From Sumerlaeia bacterium (GTDB lineage Bacteria > Sumerlaeota > Sumerlaeia > SLMS01 > JAHLLQ01), in the NCBI GenBank assembly GCA_040219255.1, contig JAVJSW010000073.1, forward strand, positions 10,621 through 74,620: 64,000 nucleotides of DNA. The letters are read 5' to 3'. This document shows, one piece after another, positions 8,342 to 17,519 of this stretch. Positions within the stretch are counted from its first letter, which is position 1; each line of letters begins with the position of its first letter. A model generated the notes under the pieces. The model saw only the letters and a program-made list of their open reading frames with translations. It made no database searches and was not told the origin of the DNA. A program made the position numbers and the translations under genes.

Positions 8342-9205
8342 ATGGCTTGGCTTCACCGGTCGCGGGCGTCGCGCAGACGGTTTCTGAAGGAATTCCGCGA
8401 GAACCCCGTGCTCGCCCGCGAGGGCCGCATGCTTCGCCGGGGCTGGCTCCAATGGCTCCTGATCGTCGCCGGCGTCTGGTTGCCGGTGGCGCTGCTGACG
8501 CGGGTGTTTCTGTACACTCTCACCGGTGGCGCGATGGCCGGCTTGCCGTTGGTCCTCCTGATGGTTGTGGACACCCTGGGTCTCGTCTTCCGTCCCGATA
8601 TTTTCCTCGGATTTTTCGTCGTGTACCGTATGGCGGCGAACGAGGGCTGGGAGCAAATGCGCGAACCGCTCGCCCTCACCTTCCTCGGCGAGCGCCAGAT
8701 CGCCGTCAGCAAATTCGCCGTGCCCTTCGCCCTGCTGGCGGGCCTGAACCTGCTCGCGGCACCGTTCTATTACTGGCAGTTCTTCGCCACCGAGCAATAC
8801 TTCGTTCCTATCGAACGGTGGGGCATCGGCGAGATTTCCACTGGCGCGCTCCTGGTGCCTTTCGCCGTGTGCGAGGACATTTTCTTCGCCGCCCTGGTGG
8901 TGCTGGTGGCGATGAACGCCTACCTGTTCCGGCATCAGCCCCTTTGGGAAACCATCAAAGGCGTCGGCGTGATGGCGCTCGTGGGGCTGGCGGCGTCGCT
9001 CGCTTCGCTGGTCACCCTCTTCATCCCGGTGCAGTGGTACCTCAGCGTCGGCCGCCACTGGGGCTGGGTCCATCTCATGGAGAACGCCGTTTTTTTCGCC
9101 GTCGTGTTCCCGGTTCAGTGGCTTCTGATTCTGTACTTTTGGCGGCGGACGGTGCGGAACCTGGGGCGGTGGCTGCACGAGGAACCGGGCGGGGGCGGGG
9201 GCTAA
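8342..9205 (+). CDS. Multi-TM protein, ABC-2 permease-like (B)
   Basis: NPVLAREGR and EPLALTFLGERQIAVSK motifs; about 6 TM. Confidence 0.55.
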   Translation: MAWLHRSRASRRRFLKEFRENPVLAREGRMLRRGWLQWLLIVAGVWLPVALLTRVFLYTLTGGAMAGLPLVLLMVVDTLGLVFRPDIFLGFFVVYRMAANEGWEQMREPLALTFLGERQIAVSKFAVPFALLAGLNLLAAPFYYWQFFATEQYFVPIERWGIGEISTGALLVPFAVCEDIFFAALVVLVAMNAYLFRHQPLWETIKGVGVMALVGLAASLASLVTLFIPVQWYLSVGRHWGWVHLMENAVFFAVVFPVQWLLILYFWRRTVRNLGRWLHEEPGGGGG

Positions 9206-10821
9206 TTCGGCGGCGCGGTCCAGACCTCGCCGAAGGGCAGCCCGCGGACGGTGCGCTCGAAGATCGACTGCCAGAGGGCGGGGGTGGCGTAGAGGAGGAC
9301 GATGAAGGCGAGGTAAAGGGGCGGGGGGATGTCGTCATACTGGACTGTCAAGACCATGGGGAGCCAGCAAGCGACAGCCACACCGGAATGCACCAAGGCA
9401 ACGAGGCGGCCGCGAACCGCGATATGACTCCAGATCGCGAAGGCGGCGCTGGCCCAGAGAAGACCCGCCAGGGCCATGCTCCAGCCGGTCAGTTCGCGGC
9501 GGCCAAAGAATTCCCAGATGCCCAGGTCGGCTTCCCGGAGGACCACCAGGGACAGTGCGAAGAACCCCACATAGATCAGCCCGGGAAGCCAGAGCACCGC
9601 CAGGAACGTCCCGATGGGCGCGCCGCTTACGATGAGTAATCGCTTTTCTTTTCTGGCTTTGCGGAGGAAGGTCTGCACAAACAGAAAGAAGCTGAAGGCG
9701 AACAGCATCAGCGAACTCATCGGCAGAATATCGAGGCCGCTCCAAGCGAACCCGCTGAAAAGCCAGGGCGGTAGTACGGCACACACGAGGGCGGTGTACA
9801 GGGCCCAGAATCCCGCCGGGACGGCCAGGCGCAGCCGGAAGCGGCGGGGAAAGGCCGCCCTCAGGATCTCGCTGACTTGGGTCCGCAGTTCCCTCCGATA
9901 CCACCGGATGCCCTCGTGCCCCACGATCGTGTATCGGATGTAGGGCTCGAGATCGAAATTGCGCAAGAACAGCGTCGGCGCGAATCGGCCTGCCGACACC
10001 ATCAGGTGGAGCACCAGAAGCCCCGTCAGGAAGTACTGGGCGAAATAGAGAGCGGTCAGGGGAGCTTCCGGCCCGACGCTGGCATGATCGAACGGCTGCC
10101 CGATAAACATCAGGTAGCACAGGAAGTAGGCCAGGAAAATCGCCGGCCCCGCCACCAGGATCAGCACCCGGTTGCTCCACAGATAGAACCACACCTTCAG
10201 CGTCACGCAGACCGCCGCCACGGCCCACAGCACCAGCAAACCGGACAGCAGCACATTCTGCGCGCCCGTGGCTTCGAGGGTCTGTGACAGGCTGCGGATC
10301 GAGTCTTGCAGCAACGATGGCGGCACGTTGGCGCCGTAAGCCTCGTAGTAATCCACCGCCACCCGTCTCGCCAGCAGATGGCCACAAAGGCCGAACAGCG
10401 CGTGCGCCAGGGCCAGACCCAGCGGCACGATCATCGAGACGCCAACCGCCGTGGCGACGGAACCGTAGGCCATCTCGCGGGGCGTCAGACGCGTCAGGAT
10501 CAAGTCCTCGAGCCAGCGGCGGCTACGCCAGCGCCTGGAAAAGACCAGCAGGTTCAGCGGCGGCAGGAGCAGGATACTGGCGAACCAGGCGCCGCGCAGC
10601 ATTTCCGCGACGGGATGGCTGGCGGTGAAACTGGAGGCGGGGGAGAGGTAGAGGGCGAGAACCGTCAGATTCGCCCCGCCGGCGGCGAACCATTGGAGAA
10701 TGACCCAAGCGCGCACAATCCCGGACGAGCGCCAGAAGGACGTCGCCACGGCGAGCGGATTGTCGCCGCGCCCGCGGTCGAGCGCCCACACCGCGCGCAG
10801 TCTCGCGAATGCCGAAATCAA
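9202..10821 (-). CDS. Large multi-TM protein, ABC-2 permease-like (C)
   Basis: TTG start overlapping upstream stop (TTGA); DNPLAV and LEDLILTRLTPREMAYG motifs; about 12 TM. Confidence 0.55.
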   Translation of the reverse strand: MISAFARLRAVWALDRGRGDNPLAVATSFWRSSGIVRAWVILQWFAAGGANLTVLALYLSPASSFTASHPVAEMLRGAWFASILLLPPLNLLVFSRRWRSRRWLEDLILTRLTPREMAYGSVATAVGVSMIVPLGLALAHALFGLCGHLLARRVAVDYYEAYGANVPPSLLQDSIRSLSQTLEATGAQNVLLSGLLVLWAVAAVCVTLKVWFYLWSNRVLILVAGPAIFLAYFLCYLMFIGQPFDHASVGPEAPLTALYFAQYFLTGLLVLHLMVSAGRFAPTLFLRNFDLEPYIRYTIVGHEGIRWYRRELRTQVSEILRAAFPRRFRLRLAVPAGFWALYTALVCAVLPPWLFSGFAWSGLDILPMSSLMLFAFSFFLFVQTFLRKARKEKRLLIVSGAPIGTFLAVLWLPGLIYVGFFALSLVVLREADLGIWEFFGRRELTGWSMALAGLLWASAAFAIWSHIAVRGRLVALVHSGVAVACWLPMVLTVQYDDIPPPLYLAFIVLLYATPALWQSIFERTVRGLPFGEVWTAPPN

Positions 10822-11672
10822 TGCCGCGCACGCGCCTCCGCGAGGCGGTTGCTCAGATGCTCGAAGAACCCGCCGGCCATGCCGAGCTTGAGAAGCGTCA
10901 GCAGCGGCAGAATGATCAGGGCGCTCGCCGGCCAAGCCAGGACCCCCAGAATCAACAGTGGAATCCAGAGCAGCACGCCCAGAAACATCAGCACGACAGC
11001 GATGCGGGGAAGAGGGCTGTCGCCCCTGCCGTAGGTCATGGCGATCGCCAGAGCACCCGTACTGAGGATGCTCGCGGCCAGGTGAGGGAAATGGAGCAAC
11101 GCCAGCGGAATCAAGAAGCCGGACGGCAGGACCGGGTCCTCCGGAAAGAACAGCGACCAGATCACGAGGCTTGGCCATAGGGTCAGCGACGCGCACAGGA
11201 TGGGGAGCAAGGAACCGGTCAACAGGCCCCAGGCGATTTCGTCGGGCTTGAGCGGCGTGACCGCCAGTTCCTCCATCAGGCCCGGCTGAGTCGCCTTCTG
11301 GGTTGCGGAGATTCCCGCCAGCAGCGCCCAGAGCACCGCGATGAAATGACTGAAGACGATGACGCCGAGGATCAGACCGCGGCCGAGCCAGACATCCTGC
11401 TTGCCCAGGAGCAGGCCCGCGGGCGGCAGCAGCAACCCGAAGAAGAGCCCCAGAAACAACGCCCACAGCCACAGGTGCGAGGCGAAGGGACCGAGCCGGC
11501 GCCGCGTCCGGGCCCAGAGGCGGAAGAACATGGGGTTGGAGGAGGGGTCGCGCAGAAAGAGCGAGACGAAATGGCTGAACTCGCCCGAGAAAACGCTGGG
11601 GATGGCGTTGTCGCGCTCGAAGTCGCCGGGGATCGACCGGATCGGTTCGTAGACGCCGCTTTCCGAATACAT
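10818..11672 (-). CDS. Multi-TM protein, ABC-2 permease-like (D)
   Basis: SNPMFFR and MEELAVTPLKPDEIAWG motifs; about 6 TM. Confidence 0.55.
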   Translation of the reverse strand: MYSESGVYEPIRSIPGDFERDNAIPSVFSGEFSHFVSLFLRDPSSNPMFFRLWARTRRRLGPFASHLWLWALFLGLFFGLLLPPAGLLLGKQDVWLGRGLILGVIVFSHFIAVLWALLAGISATQKATQPGLMEELAVTPLKPDEIAWGLLTGSLLPILCASLTLWPSLVIWSLFFPEDPVLPSGFLIPLALLHFPHLAASILSTGALAIAMTYGRGDSPLPRIAVVLMFLGVLLWIPLLILGVLAWPASALIILPLLTLLKLGMAGGFFEHLSNRLAEARARH

Positions 11673-11791
11673 GAGACCCGGCCCCGCTCCTGCCTAGAGA
11701 GTCGAATAGATGACGAAACAAGTGGGGTGCAGGTGTCGAGGGAAATGGGGGCGGAGGAGAAGCGTCCGAATTCTTCTGGTCAGCATGACTA

Positions 11792-11905
11792 AATTAGACC
11801 GGTCTTGTGCAGCGCTTCGAATACTTTCTGTACAAAAAAAGCCACCTTGTTTGAAAGGGCGCTTCAGGGAGATTTTTTGATTCGAGTCTGAATTAGTCTG
11901 GTTTT
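11792..11905. promoter_or_regulatory. Putative operator sites in AT-rich divergent intergenic region
   Basis: Palindrome AGACCGGTCT at 11796-11805; AATTAGACCGGTCTT (11792) resembles AATTAGTCTGGTTTT (11891). Confidence 0.35.
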
Positions 11906-12072
11906 CCATAGAGAAGATTGAAAAACATGGCGTTGTGCTATGTCAAAAACAACAACCCGTTACAAACGGAGAATGGCACGTCTTTCGAGTAAGGGAGGGC
12001 ATCAGTCAGAGCGGCTCCCCATCGAGCCCCTGCACCTTGAGAGTTTGATTGTGAAATCAGGAGATTACGACC

Positions 12073-12330
12073 ATGTCGAAGCTTGCAAACAACGGCGGAC
12101 TGACCATTCGCGACATCGCCCGCATTACGGGCTATAGCCGTTCCACGGTTTCTCTGGCCATCAACGATAGCGACAAGATCAACGTCGAGACGAAGAAGCT
12201 GATCATGGAAACGATCGGCCGTGTCGGCTACAGCCCCAACCCCGCCGCCCGCGCCCTGGGTATCCGCAGCCGCCAGGTTGTGGCCGCCCGCAAGGCCCAG
12301 ACCGGTCCGTCCCTCAGCCACGTCGCCTGA
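12073..12330 (+). CDS. Stand-alone LacI-family HTH DNA-binding protein (85 aa)
   Basis: TIRDIARITGYSRSTVSLAIN...GYSPNPAARAL; AGGAG RBS upstream; no effector domain. Confidence 0.85.
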   Translation: MSKLANNGGLTIRDIARITGYSRSTVSLAINDSDKINVETKKLIMETIGRVGYSPNPAARALGIRSRQVVAARKAQTGPSLSHVA

Positions 12331-12398
12331 GAACCGCCGCCTCCGGGAAGGCTCTTCTTCCTAAAGGCCCCATGACTGAGCCCGGGCCCGGGTCCTTT

Positions 12399-12968
12399 TC
12401 AGCTGTTCTTCAACACGGCCATACAGGCCCGGGTCACTGGTGAGCTTTGCGCGCGCAGCTTGCCCTTGATCCGCCCGTAACGATGGCCCACCGCCGCATG
12501 CATAACCATTCCCATCAGTAAATGCGTAGTCAGGATCGCGTCCTGTTCGGGGATTTCCCCGGACGTGATGGCGTCCCGAAGCACATCCAGGAGCACGTCG
12601 GTCGGGTTCGCCATATCCCGGCGGACGTCTTCCAGGAGTACGTGACGGACGTTCATGACGAAGAGGAAACTCTTCGGATCGCGGTCGTACTCGGTGTAGA
12701 ATCCTTCGATCATGGCGCCGAGCTTGCTTTCCATTGTGCCAGCGCCCTCTGCGGCGTGACGGAGAAGTTCGGCGTAATTTTCAAAATAATGAAAAAATAG
12801 CGCCCGCACCAGATCGTTTTTGCTGGCGTGGTGCCGATAGAGAGCGCCTTCCGTGACCCCCGCGCGCCGGGCGATGTCGCGGATGCTGGTGCCGTCGATT
12901 CCCTTTTCGACGAACAGTTCAAGGGCGGAGCGCTCGATCGCGTCCTTCTTCACGGCCGGTCTTGGCAC
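12399..12968 (-). CDS. TetR/AcrR family transcriptional regulator
   Basis: ALELFVEKGIDGTSIRDIARRAGVTEGALYRHH.SKNDL. Confidence 0.93.
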   Translation of the reverse strand: MPRPAVKKDAIERSALELFVEKGIDGTSIRDIARRAGVTEGALYRHHASKNDLVRALFFHYFENYAELLRHAAEGAGTMESKLGAMIEGFYTEYDRDPKSFLFVMNVRHVLLEDVRRDMANPTDVLLDVLRDAITSGEIPEQDAILTTHLLMGMVMHAAVGHRYGRIKGKLRAQSSPVTRACMAVLKNS

Positions 12969-13080
12969 AGGCGCTTACTCCGTTCATTGCGGGAGCCGAT
13001 TCCCAGATACAAGACCACAGCCTAGGGTGACGGACCCGTCCCGTCGCAAATGAAAAAACGAGCGTTCCTTTACTAATGCG

Positions 13081-14610
13081 TCACTGCGACGATTCTGAGG
13101 CCGTGGGCACGGGTCCCTCGTTCAGATTCACCAGGCGCATGGTCATCCAGACATTGAGGAAGAGCAGGATCGCGAGGGCAACGAAGACCGCGGCGGTCAG
13201 AGTTCGGCGCCAAGCGTTGCGGCGCCGCGTGGTGCTCTCCGCGCCTTCCACCATGGCCACCAGTTCGTCGCGGGCCGTGCCATCGGGAAGGACTTCGGCC
13301 TCGATGCGGGCAAGGGCGATGTCGCCATTGACGATGGCGTCGCGGATCAGGTTTTCGCGGGCGCGCAGCAGCAGCACGCGGGCTTCCATGTTCCCGGGCC
13401 AGAGTTGGAGCGCGTGGTTGAGGTCGTAGATCAGGCGGGCGTGGTCGCGATAGCTCATTTCGGACCCGGTTCCGACGCGGTCTTGCAGGTTCTGGACGAG
13501 GGCCATCGATTCCTGGCGCCGCGCGGTGCCACGCAGGTAGTCTTGGAGGCGGTCGACGAATTCGGCGGCGGTCAATTTGCGTTCGCTGTGCTCGGCCACC
13601 ATGGCTTTCAGGGCCAAATCCACGAGGTCTCGCGGGCTGTCGGCGCCGAGAGTCTTGGTGATGGGCCGGATTTCGCCCAGGGCGGCCTTGTAGAAGATCG
13701 AGCGGCTGTCCTCGCCCGGGTGGGGCGGCTGCTTGCTCAGCACATAGAACAGCGTTGCCCCCAGAAGGTAAACATCCGTCCATGGCCCCAGATCGCAGGC
13801 CGTGTCGGTGGTTTGCTCAGGCGCCATAAAGGCCAGGGTGCCGGAGGGATTTTGCGATCGGCGGCAATTGGGCAGGGGATCCTCCAGAAGCGACGGCAGC
13901 TTTTCCGCCAGCAGTTCCTCGTCGAAGACCATGGCCAGACCCCAATCCATCAGGACCACTTCGCCGAATTCACCGACGGCCACCTGGTGGGGTTTGATGT
14001 CGCGGTGAATGATGCCTCGGCTGTGGGCAAAGGCCACCGCCTGGGCCACCTGGACCATGATGGGGAGGTGCTTCTCCAGGTAAGCGTCGCGCGAGAGCGT
14101 TTCGTATTCCGCCTTGATGAGTTCGTTCCACGGTTTGCCGCGGATGTACTTCATCGCGATGGCGGGGCGGTCGTCCCCGTCGCGCACCAGGTCATAGACG
14201 GGCACGATGTTGGGGTGCTCCAGCGCCGCCAGCGTCAGGGCTTCGTACTCGAAGCTTTCCTCCAGTTCCCGCAGCCGTTCCGGCGAATCGGCGACGGATG
14301 CGGTGATGTCCGGGCGGATCGCTTTGAGCGCGACGAGACGTCCCAGGCTGGCCTGCCGGGCCGCCCAGACTTCGCCAAAGCCGCCTTCGCCGATCACGTC
14401 GCGGTTCTTGAAGGTGCCCGAACCGCGGGCGATCCAGCCCGGCTCGCGCGTTGCCGCCATGGCGGGTAGCTCACTGGCCGAGGGCGGCAAGTCCAGCGAA
14501 TCGCTCAGCGTCTCGGCATGCTTCGCCAGCCACGTGCGGCTCGCCCTCAGGGTCCGTCCCTCGGGGTCGGTGGGCAGATCGTCTGGCGTTTGAATGTCCG
14601 GTCGGGTCAT
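13081..14610 (-). CDS. Hanks-type Ser/Thr protein kinase with C-terminal TM anchor
   Basis: GEGGFG, VALK, HPNIVPVYD, HRDIKPHQV, DWGLA, GTLAFMAPEQ and DVYLLG motifs; TM near C-terminus. Confidence 0.9.
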   Translation of the reverse strand: MTRPDIQTPDDLPTDPEGRTLRASRTWLAKHAETLSDSLDLPPSASELPAMAATREPGWIARGSGTFKNRDVIGEGGFGEVWAARQASLGRLVALKAIRPDITASVADSPERLRELEESFEYEALTLAALEHPNIVPVYDLVRDGDDRPAIAMKYIRGKPWNELIKAEYETLSRDAYLEKHLPIMVQVAQAVAFAHSRGIIHRDIKPHQVAVGEFGEVVLMDWGLAMVFDEELLAEKLPSLLEDPLPNCRRSQNPSGTLAFMAPEQTTDTACDLGPWTDVYLLGATLFYVLSKQPPHPGEDSRSIFYKAALGEIRPITKTLGADSPRDLVDLALKAMVAEHSERKLTAAEFVDRLQDYLRGTARRQESMALVQNLQDRVGTGSEMSYRDHARLIYDLNHALQLWPGNMEARVLLLRARENLIRDAIVNGDIALARIEAEVLPDGTARDELVAMVEGAESTTRRRNAWRRTLTAAVFVALAILLFLNVWMTMRLVNLNEGPVPTASESSQ

Positions 14611-14809
14611 GGACGGGGGCAACCTGTGGGCCGGGGATGTGGTGCGCAATCTGCGGAGCAGAAGAAAGGCCGGGGGCCTCGCGCGGCAAGCCCGAGTTCG
14701 TGGATCCGGGCTTGCAACGCTCCGGCCCGGCCCTTTGAAATGCGCCCCGCAAGTCAGCGGCTTGCGCTAAGCCCAATTCTTCCAACTTCCCGTTAGGACT
14801 CCGCGATCC

Positions 14810-16333
14810 ATGGACAAACCCTCCGCGCCCGGCCCCGTCTGGGCGAAACGCGTCGCTCACGAAGAGCGCGAAACGGCCGCTCTGAACGTCGCCTACTGCG
14901 CCGGCCGCGACGTCAAGACGCGCCCCATGGCGGACGAAGCGCTGATTCCCTACGATCTGGCGACCAACACGGCCCACGCGCTGATGCTGGCCGAACGCGG
15001 CATCCTGAGTTCCACCGAAGCCGAGGCCATTCTGCGGGGCCTGGCGGAGGTCAAGCGGCGCTTCGAAGCGGGCGACCCGGTCCTCGACCCGGCCTGTGAA
15101 GACGTGCACATGAGCAGCGAGGTTATTGTCACCGAAATCGCCGGACCGGAAGCCGGCGGCAGGCTGCACACGGGGCGCAGCCGCAACGATCAGGTGGCCA
15201 CTGACATGCGCCTTTGGCTGCGGGAACGGCTGGTGGCATTGGCCGGCGAGATCGCTGTCCTGACGCGGGTCCTCGCCGATCACGCCAAACGCCACGCCAA
15301 CACCGTCTGCCCCGGCTTCACCCACATGCAGCCCGCGATGGTCACCACCTGGGGACATTGGGTCGCGGCCTACCTGCCGCGTTTCCTGCGCGATCTGCGC
15401 GCCATCGAGGCACTCCTCGCCGAGTGCGACGAGTGCCCCCTGGGCGCCGCCGCGTCCTATGGCACCTCCTGGCCAATCGACCGCAACCGCACGGCGGAAC
15501 TGCTGGGCTTCAAGCGCCCTGCACCCTCGACTATCGATGCGATCTGGAGCCGGGGCGAGCTGGAGAGCCGATTCGCCGCCATTGTTGCCCAGGTTCTCAG
15601 CCATTTGTCTGGCATCGGGCAGGACCTCATTCTGTTTTCCACGCCGCCGCGGGAATGGCTGCGCCTTCCCGATGGCTGCGTTACCGGCAGCAGCATCATG
15701 CCTCAGAAGCGGAACCCGGATTTCGCGGAAGTCACCCGCTCGAAAGCCGCCGTCGCCGCCGGTCATGTGCAGCAACTGCTCGGCATCGCCCACGCCTTGC
15801 CGGGCGGCTACAATCGCGACACACAATGGACGAAGTACATCGCGATGGACGTGGCGGAGGAAGTGCGCAATGGCCCGTTGCTGTTCGCGGCGGCCTTTGA
15901 GGGCCTGAAGGTCAACACGGAGGAGATGCGCGAGGCGTGCCGCGAGGGCTTCCTGAACGCGACGGACGTGGCGGATTTCCTGGCTCGTAGCCGCAAGCTG
16001 CCCTTCCGCTCCTGCTATCGCGTGGTCGGCGCGGCGGTGAAGGCCTCCGAGGCAGAGGGCGAACTGACCCTGGAAGCGTTGAACGACGCGCTGGCCGAGG
16101 TGGCGCCGGACGCGCGGCCGCTGGAGCTGGAGGAGTGGCTGGGTCTGTCGGAGCCGGAGCGGCTGTTGTCGCAGCGCACCCAAACCGGCGGCCCGCATCC
16201 CGACGCGGTGGCGGGCGACGCGGTGGCGCTGGGCGAGGAATGCCAAGCGGTGACCCGGCGCATTCAACGCGCCGCCGAGCGATGGCAGGGGGCGATGACG
16301 ATGCTGATGGGGCGGCTCGATTCCGCGAAATAA
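14810..16333 (+). CDS. argH: Argininosuccinate lyase
   Basis: EDVH, LHTGRSRNDQVATD, PGFTHMQPA, GSSIMPQKRNPD and GYNRD motifs. Confidence 0.93.
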   Translation: MDKPSAPGPVWAKRVAHEERETAALNVAYCAGRDVKTRPMADEALIPYDLATNTAHALMLAERGILSSTEAEAILRGLAEVKRRFEAGDPVLDPACEDVHMSSEVIVTEIAGPEAGGRLHTGRSRNDQVATDMRLWLRERLVALAGEIAVLTRVLADHAKRHANTVCPGFTHMQPAMVTTWGHWVAAYLPRFLRDLRAIEALLAECDECPLGAAASYGTSWPIDRNRTAELLGFKRPAPSTIDAIWSRGELESRFAAIVAQVLSHLSGIGQDLILFSTPPREWLRLPDGCVTGSSIMPQKRNPDFAEVTRSKAAVAAGHVQQLLGIAHALPGGYNRDTQWTKYIAMDVAEEVRNGPLLFAAAFEGLKVNTEEMREACREGFLNATDVADFLARSRKLPFRSCYRVVGAAVKASEAEGELTLEALNDALAEVAPDARPLELEEWLGLSEPERLLSQRTQTGGPHPDAVAGDAVALGEECQAVTRRIQRAAERWQGAMTMLMGRLDSAK

Positions 16334-16393
16334 AACTTTATCGGATTGGCCGTGTCCAAACTGTCATGGATTCATGAGGCCACGAGGCCGGGG

Positions 16394-16421
16394 TTGACGC
16401 CCGGCGCAAACCGCTCTTAAT
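16394..16421 (+). promoter_or_regulatory. Putative sigma70-type promoter
   Basis: TTGACG-N16-CTTAAT about 40 nt upstream of the pyruvyl transferase start. Confidence 0.3.
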
Positions 16422-16461
16422 CCCCGCCATTGCTTGTTTTCCGGAGGCCCCGCCCGCTCCC

Positions 16462-17517
16462 ATGCGCATCGGCATCGTCACTTTTCACCGCGTCGTGAAC
16501 GCCGGCGGGTTCCTTCAGGCCTATGCGCTTCAGCAGTTTCTGCGCAACGCCGGCCACGACGCCATGATCGCCAACCACATCGACCGCGGCGTTCTCAAGC
16601 AGGAGATGAAATCGGCCATCCATCGCGCCAAAGGCTTCAAGCGCTTCGCCGAGCTGCTGCCCATCTGGCGCTATCGCCAACTCCAGCAGAAGCACTTCCA
16701 CCTCTCGCCCCCCATCAAGGACCCGGCCAGCTATGACTGGTCTTATTTCGACGTGGTGGTCTTCGGCAGCGACGAGCTGTGGAACTACGAGAACTTCTTC
16801 TATGGTCTGAAACCGTTCTTCTTCGGCCACGGCATCGAGGGGCCACGAAAAGTCTCCTACGCCCCCAGTTTCGGCGAGATCAAGCCGACGGACAAACTGC
16901 CCGAGCAGGTCGTCTCTGGAATCAAGAGCCTGGACGCGGTGGCCGTGCGCGATCACAACTCGGTCGAGGTCGTGAAGACCCAAACCGGCATCACGCCCGA
17001 GCTGGTGCTGGACCCGACGCTGATCTACGATTTCGAAGGCGATGTGGTGGCGGATAACGCCCGCGACGACGCCCTGATCGTGTACGCGACCAGCGTCAGC
17101 GAACCGCACCGCGAGCAGCTTCGGGCGTTCGCCAAGGACAAGGGACTGCGGCTGGTGTCGCTCGGCACCCGCCAGTGGTGGTGCGACGAAGGCTACGACA
17201 AGATTTCTCCCTTCGAGGTGCTCGGCTGGTTCTCGAAGGCGCCCTACGTTTTCACGAACACCTTCCACGGAACGATTTTCGCCACGAAGTTCGGTGCCAC
17301 GAGCTGCATCAACATCGGCCACGGCAAGGCCAACAAGATCCTGTCGCTCTCCAGGACGCTGGGCCTTGAGAATCGCATCCTGAAACCGGGCGAGAGCTGC
17401 GCCGACATCTTCGAGCGCCCCGTCGCCAGCCAGGCGATTCAGGAGCGGCTCGCCGATTCCATCGCCGCCTCGCGCAACTATCTGCTTACCCAATGCGCCG
17501 CGGCGCGGGAGAAGTAA
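16462..17517 (+). CDS. Polysaccharide pyruvyl transferase family protein
   Basis: TFHRVVNAGGFLQAYAL, VFGSDELWN, SYAPSFG, VAVRD, VLDPTL and TNTFHGTIF motifs. Confidence 0.9.
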   Translation: MRIGIVTFHRVVNAGGFLQAYALQQFLRNAGHDAMIANHIDRGVLKQEMKSAIHRAKGFKRFAELLPIWRYRQLQQKHFHLSPPIKDPASYDWSYFDVVVFGSDELWNYENFFYGLKPFFFGHGIEGPRKVSYAPSFGEIKPTDKLPEQVVSGIKSLDAVAVRDHNSVEVVKTQTGITPELVLDPTLIYDFEGDVVADNARDDALIVYATSVSEPHREQLRAFAKDKGLRLVSLGTRQWWCDEGYDKISPFEVLGWFSKAPYVFTNTFHGTIFATKFGATSCINIGHGKANKILSLSRTLGLENRILKPGESCADIFERPVASQAIQERLADSIAASRNYLLTQCAAAREK

Positions 17518-17519
17518 CC

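Noticed and set aside
9202-11721. 839-aa ORF as a single protein
   Set aside because: Its first 300 codons overlap gene 10818-11672 in another frame and are low-complexity; a coupled TTG start at 10821 fits better.
11910-12070. Riboswitch or sRNA upstream of the LacI HTH gene
   Set aside because: Only small hairpins (CCGTT-aca-AACGG) and no recognisable aptamer consensus; an Infernal/Rfam search would be needed.
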